DNA of 62,858 nt, filler included, from Chrysochromulina tobinii (lineage: Eukaryota), in NCBI GenBank assembly GCA_001275005.1. It is 7 parts of 7 records of this genome, joined end to end, with 100 filler letters (N's around TTAATTAATTAA, not from the genome) between each part and the next. Parts side by side here need not be neighbours in the genome. Positions count along the whole stretch, not along the records: positions 26,485 to 48,408 come from JWZX01000716.1; 6 more parts are not named here. One strand, 5' to 3'. The notes beneath the pieces are model-generated. The model was not told where the DNA came from, did no database searches, and saw nothing but the letters and a program-made list of their open reading frames with translations. Shown here piece by piece: positions 29,154-40,397 of the stretch; the first letter of the stretch is position 1, and each line of letters begins with the position of its first letter. A program made the position numbers and the translations under genes.

Positions 29154-30932
29154 ATGTCGTCGACACGGGACGCGCCGACCGACGATAAAGTCACGACCGC
29201 AAACCGACCGAGCTTCCGGAAGCTCGCGGACACCCAATCCGATTTCATACAACCGTCGCTCGCTTGCATCAAGCCGGTGCAGGTCGCAAATGTCGAGAAA
29301 CCAAATCATCGCGTCCTTCTGTTGGAAGACTCGCATGATGACGAGGCGACCATGAAGGCCAAGGCTCCCATCGCAAGGATTACCCTCAATGACTGCTTGG
29401 CCTGCGCGGGCTGCATCACTTCCGCCGAAAGCATGCTGATCACCCAGCAGAGCATCGAAGAGTTCGAGAGCATGCTGCGCGCGTCTGGTTCCAAGTACGA
29501 CCTCGTGATCGTGTCCGTCTCCGCGGCAGCGCGTGCGGCGATCGCGGAGCATTCCGGGCTGAGTCTTCGAGAGACGCACAGCCGTATGGCCGGATTCCTC
29601 AAGGGTCTTGGCGTCCATACAATGCTCGACTGCGGCACGGCCTCCAACCTTGGGTTGGTCGAGCAGGCGGCTGAGTTTGTGGCTCGCTACCGTGCGCACG
29701 CGGCCGCCAGCTCTCCGGCAACCGGTGGGTCGCCTATGCAATTGGTGCCGCCGCCGCCGCCGCCGCCGTCAACGGCGTTGGGTCGAGGCGCCTTGGCAGC
29801 ACCAACGGCCTTGCCAGTGCGCTCCGAGGCCACCTCCGAGGCCACCTCCGGGGCCGCCTCCCCAACCGCCTCCCCGGCCGCCTTGTCTGCTGCCTCGACG
29901 AGCCAACTGCCGCTGCCCTTGATCACCTCCTCCTGCCCGGGATGGGTCTGCTACGCCGAGAAGCTCTGCGGCGAGCTCGTGCTCTCCCACATGAGCTCCG
30001 TCAAATCGGCTCAGCAGATCGCCGGCACACTCATCAAGTACGTGCATGCGGCGGGCTGTGGAGTCCCTCCGGAGCGCGTGTGCCACGTGTCCGTGATGCC
30101 CTGCTTCGACAAGAAGCTCGAGGCGTCGCGCGACGAGTTCTTCAATGCGGCCGCGGGCGAGCATGGCTGCCGCGACGTGGACTGCGTACTTTCATCCGCA
30201 GAGCTGCTTGAGATGGTGACGAAGCGCGGGCTGCCCGGCCTCGCCCATGCGCCCGCCGTGCTGCCCGACGTGACGCCGCCCTTTGCGTCGCTCGTACGCT
30301 CGCCGGACGCTTCGGACCGGCTGGGGGGGGGCGGGCTGGGGGGGGACGGGCTGGGGGTGGACGGGCCTATAGACGGGCTGGGGGGGCTCTCTCTCACTTA
30401 CGCGGCGCCCGGTGCTTCGGGTGGCCATGCTGACTACGTATTCCGCGCCGCCGCGTTCGAGCTGTTTGGGATCAGAGTGCCTGAGGACACGCCCCTGCCG
30501 TGGGTGCAGGGGCGTAACGCCGATCTCCTCGAGCTCAGCCTCAAACTCGAAGGGAAGCCGGTGCTCCACTTTTGCCGCGCGTACGGCTTCCGCAACATCC
30601 AGAACCTCGTGCGCCGACTCAAGAACGGCAAGTGCACCTACCACTTCGTCGAGCTGATGGCGTGCCCTGGCGGCTGCGCCAACGGCGGCGGCCAGCCCAA
30701 ACCGCCGCCGGCCGACGTCGCGGCGCGGACTGCCAATGTCGAAGCACGATACATCGAGGCCAGCAGCGCACGCCGCCGTCAGCCGCTCGACGACCCGAGC
30801 GTGGCTGCCCTGTACGCAGACGGCAGTTTCTTGCAAGGCGGGCCGCTCGGCCCTAATGCGCAGCGCGCGCTGCACACGAGCTTCAAGGCTGTTGTGACAG
30901 ACGAGGCCAGTTCACTCACCATGCAGTGGTGA
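29154..30932 (+). CDS. NAR1: Cytosolic Fe-S cluster assembly factor Nar1/NARFL/CIAO3 (Fe-only hydrogenase-like)
   Basis: DFIQPSLACIKP, ITLNDCLACAGCITSAESML, ITSSCPGWVCYAEK, VMPCFDKKLEASR, AYGFRNIQNLV, FVELMACPGGCANGGGQ and a C-terminal Trp. Confidence 0.93.
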   Translation: MSSTRDAPTDDKVTTANRPSFRKLADTQSDFIQPSLACIKPVQVANVEKPNHRVLLLEDSHDDEATMKAKAPIARITLNDCLACAGCITSAESMLITQQSIEEFESMLRASGSKYDLVIVSVSAAARAAIAEHSGLSLRETHSRMAGFLKGLGVHTMLDCGTASNLGLVEQAAEFVARYRAHAAASSPATGGSPMQLVPPPPPPPSTALGRGALAAPTALPVRSEATSEATSGAASPTASPAALSAASTSQLPLPLITSSCPGWVCYAEKLCGELVLSHMSSVKSAQQIAGTLIKYVHAAGCGVPPERVCHVSVMPCFDKKLEASRDEFFNAAAGEHGCRDVDCVLSSAELLEMVTKRGLPGLAHAPAVLPDVTPPFASLVRSPDASDRLGGGGLGGDGLGVDGPIDGLGGLSLTYAAPGASGGHADYVFRAAAFELFGIRVPEDTPLPWVQGRNADLLELSLKLEGKPVLHFCRAYGFRNIQNLVRRLKNGKCTYHFVELMACPGGCANGGGQPKPPPADVAARTANVEARYIEASSARRRQPLDDPSVAALYADGSFLQGGPLGPNAQRALHTSFKAVVTDEASSLTMQW

Positions 30933-31013
30933 CCGCAGCAGTAGTTGCAATCAGGGGTTTCCTTTCTCACTCCGGTTGTCTGGTTCGATCTCGAAAACTC
31001 GAAATCATCTCGA

Positions 31014-32765
31014 ATGCGCGACATTCCACCGAAGACATGTGACGAAACGCAAGAATCTTTTCCTAGCGTTCATGGGGTCGGTGTGCGGCACGGCCCTCTC
31101 CCACCCTGGGTGCGGCTCGGCACTCTCCACAGCCCCTTACCCCTCATCCCTTACACCCCTTAGATGGGGCAAACGTGGGGTAAGTGCGGCTCGCTCCCTC
31201 CTTGGCAAAGGTCTCCGTATCATCTAGACTCATCCTTCTCTGGGCGTACGTTCTTCGACGCCTGGACGTTCGGTGAGGTTGATTACGCTGGCGGATCCAG
31301 TGAATATCTGAACCGCTCGGCTGCATTCGAGCACAACGTTGTGGAGGCGCATGATACACACGCAGTGCTGAGAGTCGGACGGCGCGGGCGAAAGGCGTTC
31401 ACTCGTCAGACTGTGCGGGTCACCACCAACAAATCATGGATGTATGGTCTCTTTGCAATGCAATTCAGCCACACGCCCTTTGGCTGCGGCGTGTGGCCTG
31501 CCTTCTGGACGAATGCAAAGTCCGGACACTGGCCCGACGGCGGCGAGGTGGACATGCTCGAGTATCCGAACAACAATGTTGCCGCCGCGATCAGCTTCCA
31601 CACGAGCAAGGCACGCTGCAAGCTCGACGCCGACGTCGTGGAGGAGTGCAGCTTGGGGAATCACCAGCTTATGACAGGCTATCGTAGCATTGGCCTCGAC
31701 TGCGAGACCGACTACCTGGCGGGCAAGATGGGATGTGGACCGGTGTCGCCGAGGGCTTTCCGGTCCGGCGTCGAGTGGGCCGACTCTCCCGGAGTGATTG
31801 CGATGGAATGGACGCCAGAGCACATCAAAGTCTTCTATTTCCCACAGGACGAGATCCCACGAGATCTGAGTGCGGAGGCTCCCGATCCGGACTCGTGGGA
31901 CGACTACATCACTGGGTACTTCCCCTTCGGCGCGTCCGAGCGGGCCAACCCCGGCTCGTGCCCCGACTACACCCGGCTGCTCGAGCCGCAGACGCTCGTC
32001 CTCAACATCGCCCTGTGCGGAGAATGGGCGGGAGGTGACTTTAACGGCCAGTGCCTCGCCGACATCACACCTCGCGTCAAGGCCGCCGATGGATCCAATT
32101 GCACTGTGGTGAAAGGCGGCTTCTTGGAGCCCCAGTTCGCGAAGGACTGCTGCATGAACTTTGTGTACGACCGCGACGGGACCTACAACGCCGACCAGCT
32201 GCTGAAGAATGCATTCTTCAACATCACCTCGGTCAAAGTCTACCAGCGCCCAAGCGTGCCTTTCCCCCCAGAACCGCCACCTTCGGCGCCACCTCCTTCG
32301 CCGCCCTCGCCGCCCCCGCCTGTGCCGCCGCCACCAACCCCGCCGCCGCCAACCCCGCCGCCGCCAACCCCGCCGCCGCCAACCCCGCCGCCGCCAACTC
32401 CGCCGCCGCCAGCACCACCGCCTCCCGTCCCACTACCACCCACGGTCGCCGCCGTCGCACTACCCGAGGCCGTTGCCCCGACCGCCGCCATAGCCGCCGT
32501 CGCGCTCGGCCTCGCCGCGCCGCAGCCCGCCGCCACGAGTGAGGCGACCTCGGTGCTCGCTCCAACTTCGACGACACGTGGCATGACACGTGGCATGGAC
32601 CCTCGTGGCGTGCCCCTTCTGGCGGCGGGCGCCGTGGTGAGCGCCGTGGCGGCCGCCTCTGCCCTCGTGGCCCGCCGGATGCGCGGTGCCCGGCACGAGG
32701 CGCTACTCGAAGACCTCCTCGGCAGCTCGCGCGCGGACTCGGACTACGCCGCATATGGCCAATGA
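31014..32765 (+). CDS. GH16 endo-beta-1,3(4)-glucanase-like protein with Pro-rich stalk and C-terminal transmembrane helix
   Basis: GCGVWPAFW..WPDGGEVDMLEY carries the ExDxxE catalytic motif; LNIALCGEWAG is also present. Probable first exon 31014-31076 and intron 31077-31163 (GTCGGT...CCCTTAG) join in frame to 31164. Confidence 0.88.
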
Positions 32766-33323
32766 GCGCGCGGTGGGTATCAGCGAGGCGGGAGCTGCTG
32801 CGTGTGCTGCGGTCGTCCGTACGCACACGGACGACGCTAGCGGTGGGCCGGCCGAACTATGGTGCTCACGGGGAGCCGCATGCACTCGACGCGTGCACTC
32901 GACGCGTGCACAAGGACAACGAGGAGGTTGCGCGGGACAAGCACAAGGAATGACCATGGCCTTCGTCGTCGTCATGGCCTTCGTCGTCGTCGTCGTCCAT
33001 GGCTGTGGCCATGTCACGTCGCCACGAGATCTTGGGACTCCGGTATTCCGGAGCAGCCAGCAGGTGAGCTGAACAAGGAATAAGGCCAGATAGAACCTGC
33101 GACGACGCGTGTTGGCAAGTGTGCATGCGGCATGACCATGCAGTGTGGTGCAGCTGAGCGTGCTGCGCGCACATCTACGCACTACGGAGGCGGGCCGTGG
33201 CCCAGGCTTAAGGTTAATTAAGGTGAATCGGATCCGGGCACCTATACGAGGTACAGCTCGTGTACGTGGAGCGACGTCGGACGATGGAATACGTAACGTG
33301 GTCGAATTTAATTTTAGTAAAGA

Positions 33324-35093
33324 TCAGCGCCCCAATAGGTTCGAAGGGCCTCCTGGCATGCGGCTCGGCCCAAGTCTATCCCGAAGGCCACGCGCCGCAC
33401 GTCGCCACCTCGCGAGCGTCACGAGCATCCACGCCCTCGTCTCGCGCGGGTCGAAGCACAGGACGAGAAGCACTACCTGCGCGGCCATGATGCCAAAGAA
33501 GACGCGGCCGAGTGCGGCCAGGTGCGGCGGGTCGCCCAGCGCCATGCGGCACCATACCATGCCGAGGCCCTTCCCCACCGTCTTTTGAAGGATCTCTTGC
33601 TGGGCGAGCATTGAACGCCGTGAGAGGAGCGGGTGGCCCGGGCGCGCGAAGCGGAGCGGGTGTGAATTGCCGATGGCGGCGCCGAGGTACATCGCGGGGT
33701 AGAAGAGCATGGAGGCGCCTAGCGTGAGCAGCTCGGCGGGGCGCATCATCTCCTTAAAGTCCTCGTGAGAGAATCCGGAAGCCACTGCCAGGGGCACCCC
33801 AGCCGCGCCGCCGAGCAGTGTGTACTTGGTGGCGATCATGAGGGCAGCCGAGGCGAGGCCCGCGGCCTCTGCAATGAGAAGTAGCCGGTGCGTGCCCACG
33901 TGTGGCGCGCAGTACACCCGGTAGAGCACCAGCGAGAAGACGGTAGAGAGAGCGCACGCGCCCGCGATGACGCCGGAGACGCCGGGGGAGTAGAAGAACT
34001 GGCGATCGTACACGACGACCATCGCCGACTCGAAGCCGAACTTGAGGAAGCAGCGGCTGACGCCGAAGAGGAGCATCGAAATCTGCACGATCGCCGACGC
34101 GAACAAGCTTGGAGGCGCCGACGAAGAGGCCGCCATGCCAGCGCCGGCGTCGGGGGAGGCGGAGACGGCGGCGGCCGTGATGGCTTCATTCACAGCTTCA
34201 CTCGCTGAGGGCACCGCGCCCACTTCGGCGCCTCGAGTGTTCGCGATGTCCATCGTCGTCGGGTCGGCGGCCATAGCGCTGCCCTTGCTGCCCGCCACGC
34301 TCGCGCGCACGAGGGGCGTCGACTCGTCCACCAGGCGTGGCGCAGCAGCCGCGAGCGGCGAGTCAAGGGGTGTCGAGTCAAGGGGTGTGGCGACGAGGGC
34401 AGCGAGGAAGAGGATGGAGAGGGCACTCATGAGAATGGGCGGGATGAAGCGCGCGTAGGTTGGGAGCATGACGGCGAGGCTGCCAGCGACGATCGGCCCG
34501 CTTGCCATCCCGAGCGTGTTGAACAGCTCCAGCATCAAGAAGTGATGCTCCCGTTGCTGTGGGTCGGCCTCAAGGCCAGCTCGCCGCTTGGCCGCGAAAC
34601 CGGCGCCAAAGCCGAGGGCCATGAAGGCGCGCGCGCCGAGAAGCACGTCGAGCGACCAGTGATGCAGCTCGGCGAGCAAGAAGACGCCATTGCCGAGCAG
34701 TAGCAGCGCCGCGCAGAGGAAGAAGGGCGCCTTGCCATCAATGAGCGGCTCGGGCCAAAAGTAGAAGCCGATCACCGAGACGAGCATGCCGATGGAGGTG
34801 GCGCCGATGACGGAGCCCGAGCCCATGAGTGGATCGAGATGACCGCGCGATTCCGCCGACGAGAGCGCCATAGGTACCACAGCGGTGATCCCTAGGTTGA
34901 TCAGAAAGTTAGTGCCCGCGCCAGCGAGCAGGTCGAACGCGGAGTACCGCTTCCGAGGCACGAAGGCGACCGTCGGATCGAACTTGAGCGCGTCGGCCCC
35001 CTCCCGTCCTGCTGTCGACGCGCGCGGCAGCGCGCAACCGAGCAGGTCGATGAGCACGCAGTCGATCAGCGCGTCAGCAGCGCTGGCCGCCAT
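33324..35093 (-). CDS. MFS-like transporter
   Basis: About 12 hydrophobic helices in two bundles separated by a low-complexity loop. LLGARAFMALG and LGMASGPIVAG resemble MFS motifs. Confidence 0.7.
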   Translation of the reverse strand: MAASAADALIDCVLIDLLGCALPRASTAGREGADALKFDPTVAFVPRKRYSAFDLLAGAGTNFLINLGITAVVPMALSSAESRGHLDPLMGSGSVIGATSIGMLVSVIGFYFWPEPLIDGKAPFFLCAALLLLGNGVFLLAELHHWSLDVLLGARAFMALGFGAGFAAKRRAGLEADPQQREHHFLMLELFNTLGMASGPIVAGSLAVMLPTYARFIPPILMSALSILFLAALVATPLDSTPLDSPLAAAAPRLVDESTPLVRASVAGSKGSAMAADPTTMDIANTRGAEVGAVPSASEAVNEAITAAAVSASPDAGAGMAASSSAPPSLFASAIVQISMLLFGVSRCFLKFGFESAMVVVYDRQFFYSPGVSGVIAGACALSTVFSLVLYRVYCAPHVGTHRLLLIAEAAGLASAALMIATKYTLLGGAAGVPLAVASGFSHEDFKEMMRPAELLTLGASMLFYPAMYLGAAIGNSHPLRFARPGHPLLSRRSMLAQQEILQKTVGKGLGMVWCRMALGDPPHLAALGRVFFGIMAAQVVLLVLCFDPRETRAWMLVTLARWRRAARGLRDRLGPSRMPGGPSNLLGR

Positions 35094-35310
35094 TAGAAGT
35101 CAATCCACAAGGACCCTTCGGCGCGCTGCGGAATTCCGCAGGCCGAAAACTTGGGTCAAAATCCCCTGAGGACGCACGGGATTTCGGGACGTGTGGTCCA
35201 GAATATCGCGTGAATGGGGGGAGTTTGCAGAACGCCGCATTCCGTGACTCGTCTGGAGTCAACGGCCCGCGCAGCTGCTGACGCACATCTGCTCGGCTCT
35301 CCAGCCTCCC

Positions 35311-36012
35311 ATGGCGGCCGACGCTCTCTCGGCCCCACCGCCTCCGCCGCCTGCTCCAGCCGCGTCGTCTACGTCGGGCGCCCTTGACGCCGAGGGCGAG
35401 AATGCTCTCAAGATCATCCTGCTCGGCGACTCAGCAGTCGGCAAGTCGAAGCTGGTGGAGCGCTTCCTGATGCAGGACTACCAGCCGCGGATGCTCTCGA
35501 CGTACGCGCTCACGCTCTTCCGATACAATGCGGAGATCGATGGCCAAAAGGTCGCCATCGACTTTTGGGACACCGCCGGCCAGGAGCGCTTCAACTCGAT
35601 GCACCCCGCGTACTACCACCAGGCGCACGCGTGCATCCTATGCTTCGACGTGACGCGCAAGCAGACATACAAGAACTTGCCCACATGGGTCAAGGAGCTG
35701 CGCGACTACCGCTCCAAGATCCCGACGATCTGCATCGCCAACAAGGTCGACGTCGACGCCAAGGTAATGAGCAAGGACTTTGCCTTTCCGAAGAAGCATA
35801 ACATGAAGCTTTACTTTTGCTCGGCGGCGGACGGCACGAACGTGGTGAGCGCGTTCGAGGACGCGATCCAGTCGGCGCACGAATACAAAAACTCGGGCGA
35901 GGTCGACGACGTCGACCTGCTCCTCTCGCTCGTCAATGGGACCGCGAGCATGCGCGTGAGCAAGGAGGAAGGCGGTGGCGAGGGCGCGACGGCGGCGGTG
36001 CCGGCCAGTTAG
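35311..36012 (+). CDS. RABL2: Rab-like GTPase RABL2 (ciliary/IFT)
   Basis: GDSAVGKSKLVERFL, LSTYALTLF, DFWDTAGQERF.SMHPAYY and ANKVD. No C-terminal prenylation Cys. Confidence 0.93.
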   Translation: MAADALSAPPPPPPAPAASSTSGALDAEGENALKIILLGDSAVGKSKLVERFLMQDYQPRMLSTYALTLFRYNAEIDGQKVAIDFWDTAGQERFNSMHPAYYHQAHACILCFDVTRKQTYKNLPTWVKELRDYRSKIPTICIANKVDVDAKVMSKDFAFPKKHNMKLYFCSAADGTNVVSAFEDAIQSAHEYKNSGEVDDVDLLLSLVNGTASMRVSKEEGGGEGATAAVPAS

Positions 36013-36691
36013 ATAGCGGCGAAGCGACGGCGGCAAGGTAAGAGGGATGTGCCCTGGCGGCGCTGGCAGTACACGCGCACACGCTCCTTCCGAGAGGGGT
36101 GCGAATGAGGAGCGTGACTCAGCCAGTACACAATCTCTGACCGCGAGAGCCGTGCTGGTGCATCGCGCCGGGTCCCGGAGTCTGAAGTTATAACTATCGG
36201 TTATTCTCAAGATCTGCTGATCATTCTCTGATCAATGTGGACCAACTTGTCCAGTCAGATCATGAAAAATAGGTGTTTATGCATGTTGGCCGGAATATTT
36301 ACATCATCATTATGTCATATTGCATTATGTTTCAGAGCGACGAAGAACAAGAAGGGTCAAGGGAGCGGGGGAGGTTGCAATTCTCTCTGCTCGGTCTCGC
36401 GTCTCGCAAACACAGGCCCGTGACTTTAATTAAATATCCGTGTACTCGAACTCGTACAGTCGCAGGTGTCGTACTGACGGTTAAATGCTTTCAACAAAGC
36501 TTGTGATTGCGGTTCATCAAAGACACACATTTTGCTTTACTGGCCGCTCTCCGCCCGCATGTGCTACAACTGTTTTGCTTGGGGTGCTACAGGTGTGAAT
36601 ATCAGAAGAGATGTGTGATCCCGCACCAAACGCTCAAACCTCACGCCCCAATCGAAGGACGGTCCTCTTTGACCTGGCGCGCGCTTTGCCG

Positions 36692-37819
36692 ATGACGGAC
36701 TTGCTGACGCAGCTGGTCGACGCGCCGGGGCGTCTCCAGCGGTACATGGACGGCTGCGCGTGCGGTCGGGCTGACAAGGCCGCCGTCCTTGCCATCAAGA
36801 AAGAGCTCGAGGAAAAGGACAGCGCCATCGAGCGGCTCGAGGAGGAGATCCGGCGCAGGGATAGGGAGAAGGACAACCTGATCCACATGCAAAAGGACCT
36901 GCAGGCGCAGATCCAGGAGATCCGTCGCGTGCTCGAATCGCAGGCCAGCGAGGTCGCGAAGAACGGGTCCTATAAAGGCGGCAGCGAGGGTGGCAGCAAG
37001 GGCGGCAGCATGGATCTTGACGAGGAACGTGTGGGTCTTAACGAGGTAAGTGCGGCGATCCTCATGCAGAAGCGCGTCCGCGGCATAAGCAGTCGCAAGC
37101 TGGCGGAGAAGGAAAAGAAGAAGGAAGAGGCTTCTCAAAAATTGCAGAAGATTGCGCGCGGCAGATCGACGCGCAAGATGATGGCGCAGAAGAAAGCGGA
37201 CGGCTCCATCATGGAGTTGCCCGGTGCGAAGCGCGTGTATGGCGCCGCCGCTGTGCCGCCGCAGCCGCAGCGGCCGGTCGCCGCTGGTAGCGTCGTCGCG
37301 AGCGCGTCCAAGCCGGCCCCTTCGTTCGCGCCTGCGCAGCAATTCCTTCGAGGAAGTTATGACGAGCCCGGGCGCGGGGCCAACGGCTACGGAATCGCGT
37401 CGGGGAGCGGGCTTGACGCCGGCGAGGACGAGTCCGTTGATTCGGACTACGACAACGACGAGGACGCGTTCTATGATCTCGGAATCGAGCTCCTCTCGGG
37501 CCGCCTCAAGGTCGCGAAGGTGTACGGTCAGGAAGAGCCCCCGGCGGCGGAGGATGAGCTCGAGTGGGAGACTCGCTACTTTGTGCTGTACGACTCGCGC
37601 AAAATGGTCCACTTTGACGGCATGCAAAACGGCGAGCCTGTGGGCGACCGGGGCCTGATCGACCTCGAAACTATTCAGTCGGTCGAGAAGGTTCTGGGCG
37701 TCCCGACCTTTGTGATGAAGGGGTACAAGAAGGTGTACCTCTTCAAGCTCGAGCCGCACGACGAGGTCATGATGCGTACGTGGATTGGCGCCATCTCCGT
37801 CGAGCTCTCATCTCAGTGA
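36692..37819 (+). CDS. Coiled-coil + 2 IQ motifs + C-terminal PH domain protein
   Basis: AAILMQKRVRGISSRK and SQKLQKIARGRSTRK are IQ motifs. WETRYFVL...RGLIDLETI...TWIGAI is PH-like. Alternative ATG at 36611. Confidence 0.8.
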   Translation: MTDLLTQLVDAPGRLQRYMDGCACGRADKAAVLAIKKELEEKDSAIERLEEEIRRRDREKDNLIHMQKDLQAQIQEIRRVLESQASEVAKNGSYKGGSEGGSKGGSMDLDEERVGLNEVSAAILMQKRVRGISSRKLAEKEKKKEEASQKLQKIARGRSTRKMMAQKKADGSIMELPGAKRVYGAAAVPPQPQRPVAAGSVVASASKPAPSFAPAQQFLRGSYDEPGRGANGYGIASGSGLDAGEDESVDSDYDNDEDAFYDLGIELLSGRLKVAKVYGQEEPPAAEDELEWETRYFVLYDSRKMVHFDGMQNGEPVGDRGLIDLETIQSVEKVLGVPTFVMKGYKKVYLFKLEPHDEVMMRTWIGAISVELSSQ

Positions 37820-38311
37820 GCGTCGTCGTGAGCGATGGGCCGACACGCGGCACTAGCGGAGGCGCCCAGGGCTCAGCGGGGTCCCATGTCAGCAAATTGT
37901 CGGCGGCATGTTTCACCACCGGTCATCCGCGGTGGTCCCTCTTCATTCTATTACTCTGTTACGCGCGTGTGACATGCGACATGCATCATGCGTGGTTCTT
38001 CATGTGTTGCACCCTGTGTATGTTGTGAAGATGCGTATTCACACCGCGAGTCGGCGGCCGTGTTAACAGCCAATTCACAGTGAATTCACAGAGAGCCTCG
38101 CCTGAGTTATGGCATATCCCGTATGCGGTATGGGCCGATTTAGAGCCAGTCTATCAGTATCACAGCCAATGGTTGTAATTCGACACTCAAAGACACTGTT
38201 CCGGAAGAAAACGCCGGTACATACGGATGCAGTTCATTCACACAGTGCCGTAGAACGGCTGTCGCGTATGTCGTGTTAACGTTCACACGAACGACGAAAC
38301 CGCAGAGGCGA

Positions 38312-40349
38312 ATGGGTATGCTCGGCGGCCGAGGCCTCGCGGCGCTCGTGTGCCTCGGTGTCGTCTACGCGATCTTGACGCTGAATTTGAGCTCTTACAC
38401 CGACCCGAGACACCACAATAGCTTGGCTCCTGCGCGAACTCGCTTCCTCTCGACGCAGCCGCAGCAATCGACTCCAACACCCATTCAGTCGTCGTCGACC
38501 TCAGCTCCTCCGCCACCTTTTGCATCACCACCTCTCCCTGACGCTGCCATGCTCATTGCCGCCAACCAGCAGCGCGTTCTCTCTGAGTCGTCGTCCTCAC
38601 ACTCAAATGCCACCTCGCACTCGCAAAAGAGCACCAGGCGGCACCAGAGCAGGCATCATAGTGCCGAGCTCGCCGGCGGGGTGCTGCACGCCACTCTCTC
38701 GCTTCGCACCGGGATCGCGGGCACCATTTCGGATCGTTTCGTCTGTGCCGCGCTCGACTGGTGGCCCGCCGACAAGTGCGACTACGGCCGGTGCCCGTGG
38801 ACCTCAGCGTCGATGCTCTCCGTAGACTTGGATGATCCTCTCCTGGTTGGCGCAGCGCAGCGCCTCTCACCATTCTTGCTGCGGCTTGGTGGGTCGCTCT
38901 CGGACTTTGTGACGCTCGAGGAGGCGGACGGCTGCGTCCCATCGGACCCTTCCGATCCCGAGTACCTCGCCTCCGATGGCGCTCGGGATGGCGCGCGCTC
39001 GTGTCGGCCGGCGGGTTGCTCGGGCTTCGTGCGCGACGAGCGGCTTCGCGTGGGCTTCCGCGACGGCTGCCTCTCCCGAGCGCGGTGGGACGCCCTCGTG
39101 AGCTTCTGCAAGCGCGTGGGCTGCGAGATTGTCCTCTCAATCAATGCGCTCCGCGGCCGTCGGCGCGCGGCGTGCTCCTATGCCACCGGCGCCGACGTGC
39201 CGTGTCGCATCCTCCGACCGACGCCGCCGTGCTGCACCAACTACACGGGCGGCTGGGATGGGTCGAATGCCGAGCGCTTCTTGCGGGCGGCGGCCGCACG
39301 CGGCGACCCGATCGCGGCGCTCGCGTATGGCAATGAGCTCGGCGGCCATTTGGCCATCAGCGCCAGACTCCCGGCTGCCGCGTATGCTGAAGGTCTCTCC
39401 CAACTCGAGGCGATCGTTGAGTCGGCCTGGCGTGGCGCAACGCGGCCGGCGCCGCTGCTGCTCGGCCCGAATGCACAGCTCGATGAGGGCTGGCTGGCTG
39501 ACCTGCTCCGTGCGGCTCCGTCGCTGCGCGTCCTCACGTACCACCTGTACCCCTTGGGTGCCTAGGCTCGATCTCCTCTTCTGATTGCATGCTGATTGCA
39601 TGCTGATTGCATGCTGATTGCATACTGATTGCATGCTGATTGCATGCTGATTGCATGCTGATTGCATGCTGATTGCATGCTGATTGCATGTCGATTGCAT
39701 GTCGATTGCATGTCGATTGCATGTCGATTGCATGTCGATTGCATGTCGATTGCATGCCGATTGCATGCCGATTGCATGCCGATTGCATGCCGATTGCATG
39801 CCTCATCAGGTGCCGGCTCGATCTCGCCCAACGAGCTCGTCTCGAAGCTGCTCCGTCCCGACTTCCTCAACAAGCTGCACGCCGTCGCGGCCAATGCGCG
39901 CCGGCTGGCTGACGCGCCGCCGCGGCCACAAGCGTCGTCGGCGGCGCCATCACCGCCACAAGCGCAGCAGGAGCCGCCGCAGGAGCCGCAGCAGGAGCCG
40001 CAGCAGGAGCCGCAGCAGGAGCCGCAGCAGGAGCCGCAGCAGGAGCCGCAGCAGGAGCCGCCGCGGGAGCCGCAGCAGGAGCCGCCGCGGGAGCCGCCGC
40101 GGGAGCAACCCAAGCAGCGCCGACCCGAGCTCTGGGTGACCGAGATGGGTGGCGCGTACAATAGCGGCTGCCCGGGTGTGACGGACGCGTTCCCTTCCAT
40201 CTTCTGGTTTGCGGATGCACTCGCAGCACTCGCGCTGCATGGCACGCAAGTCGTGTGCCGTCAGACGCTCGTCGGCGGCAGCTACGGACTCGTCGCTCTC
40301 GGCACAGCGCGAGTGACCAACAAGAGCGGCACGAATGGCAGCAGCAGCA

Positions 40350-40397
<48 letters not shown>

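Noticed and set aside
30320..30390. G-run tract in NAR1 as a functional G-quadruplex
   Set aside because: It encodes a Gly-rich loop insert in a GC-rich genome; there is no independent evidence of function.
29154..30932. True [FeFe]-hydrogenase
   Set aside because: The Nar1-type N-terminus (DFI.PS..CIKP), the C-terminal Trp and the lack of an organellar presequence indicate the CIA factor.
36641..37759. 372-aa antisense ORF, and many similar Arg/Ala-rich overlapping ORFs across the window
   Set aside because: Expected stop-poor shadows of high-GC3 genes; no motifs.
39137..39912. ORFs reading MQSACNRHAI... / MHADCMSIACRL...
   Set aside because: Translations of the intronic 11-mer array, not proteins.
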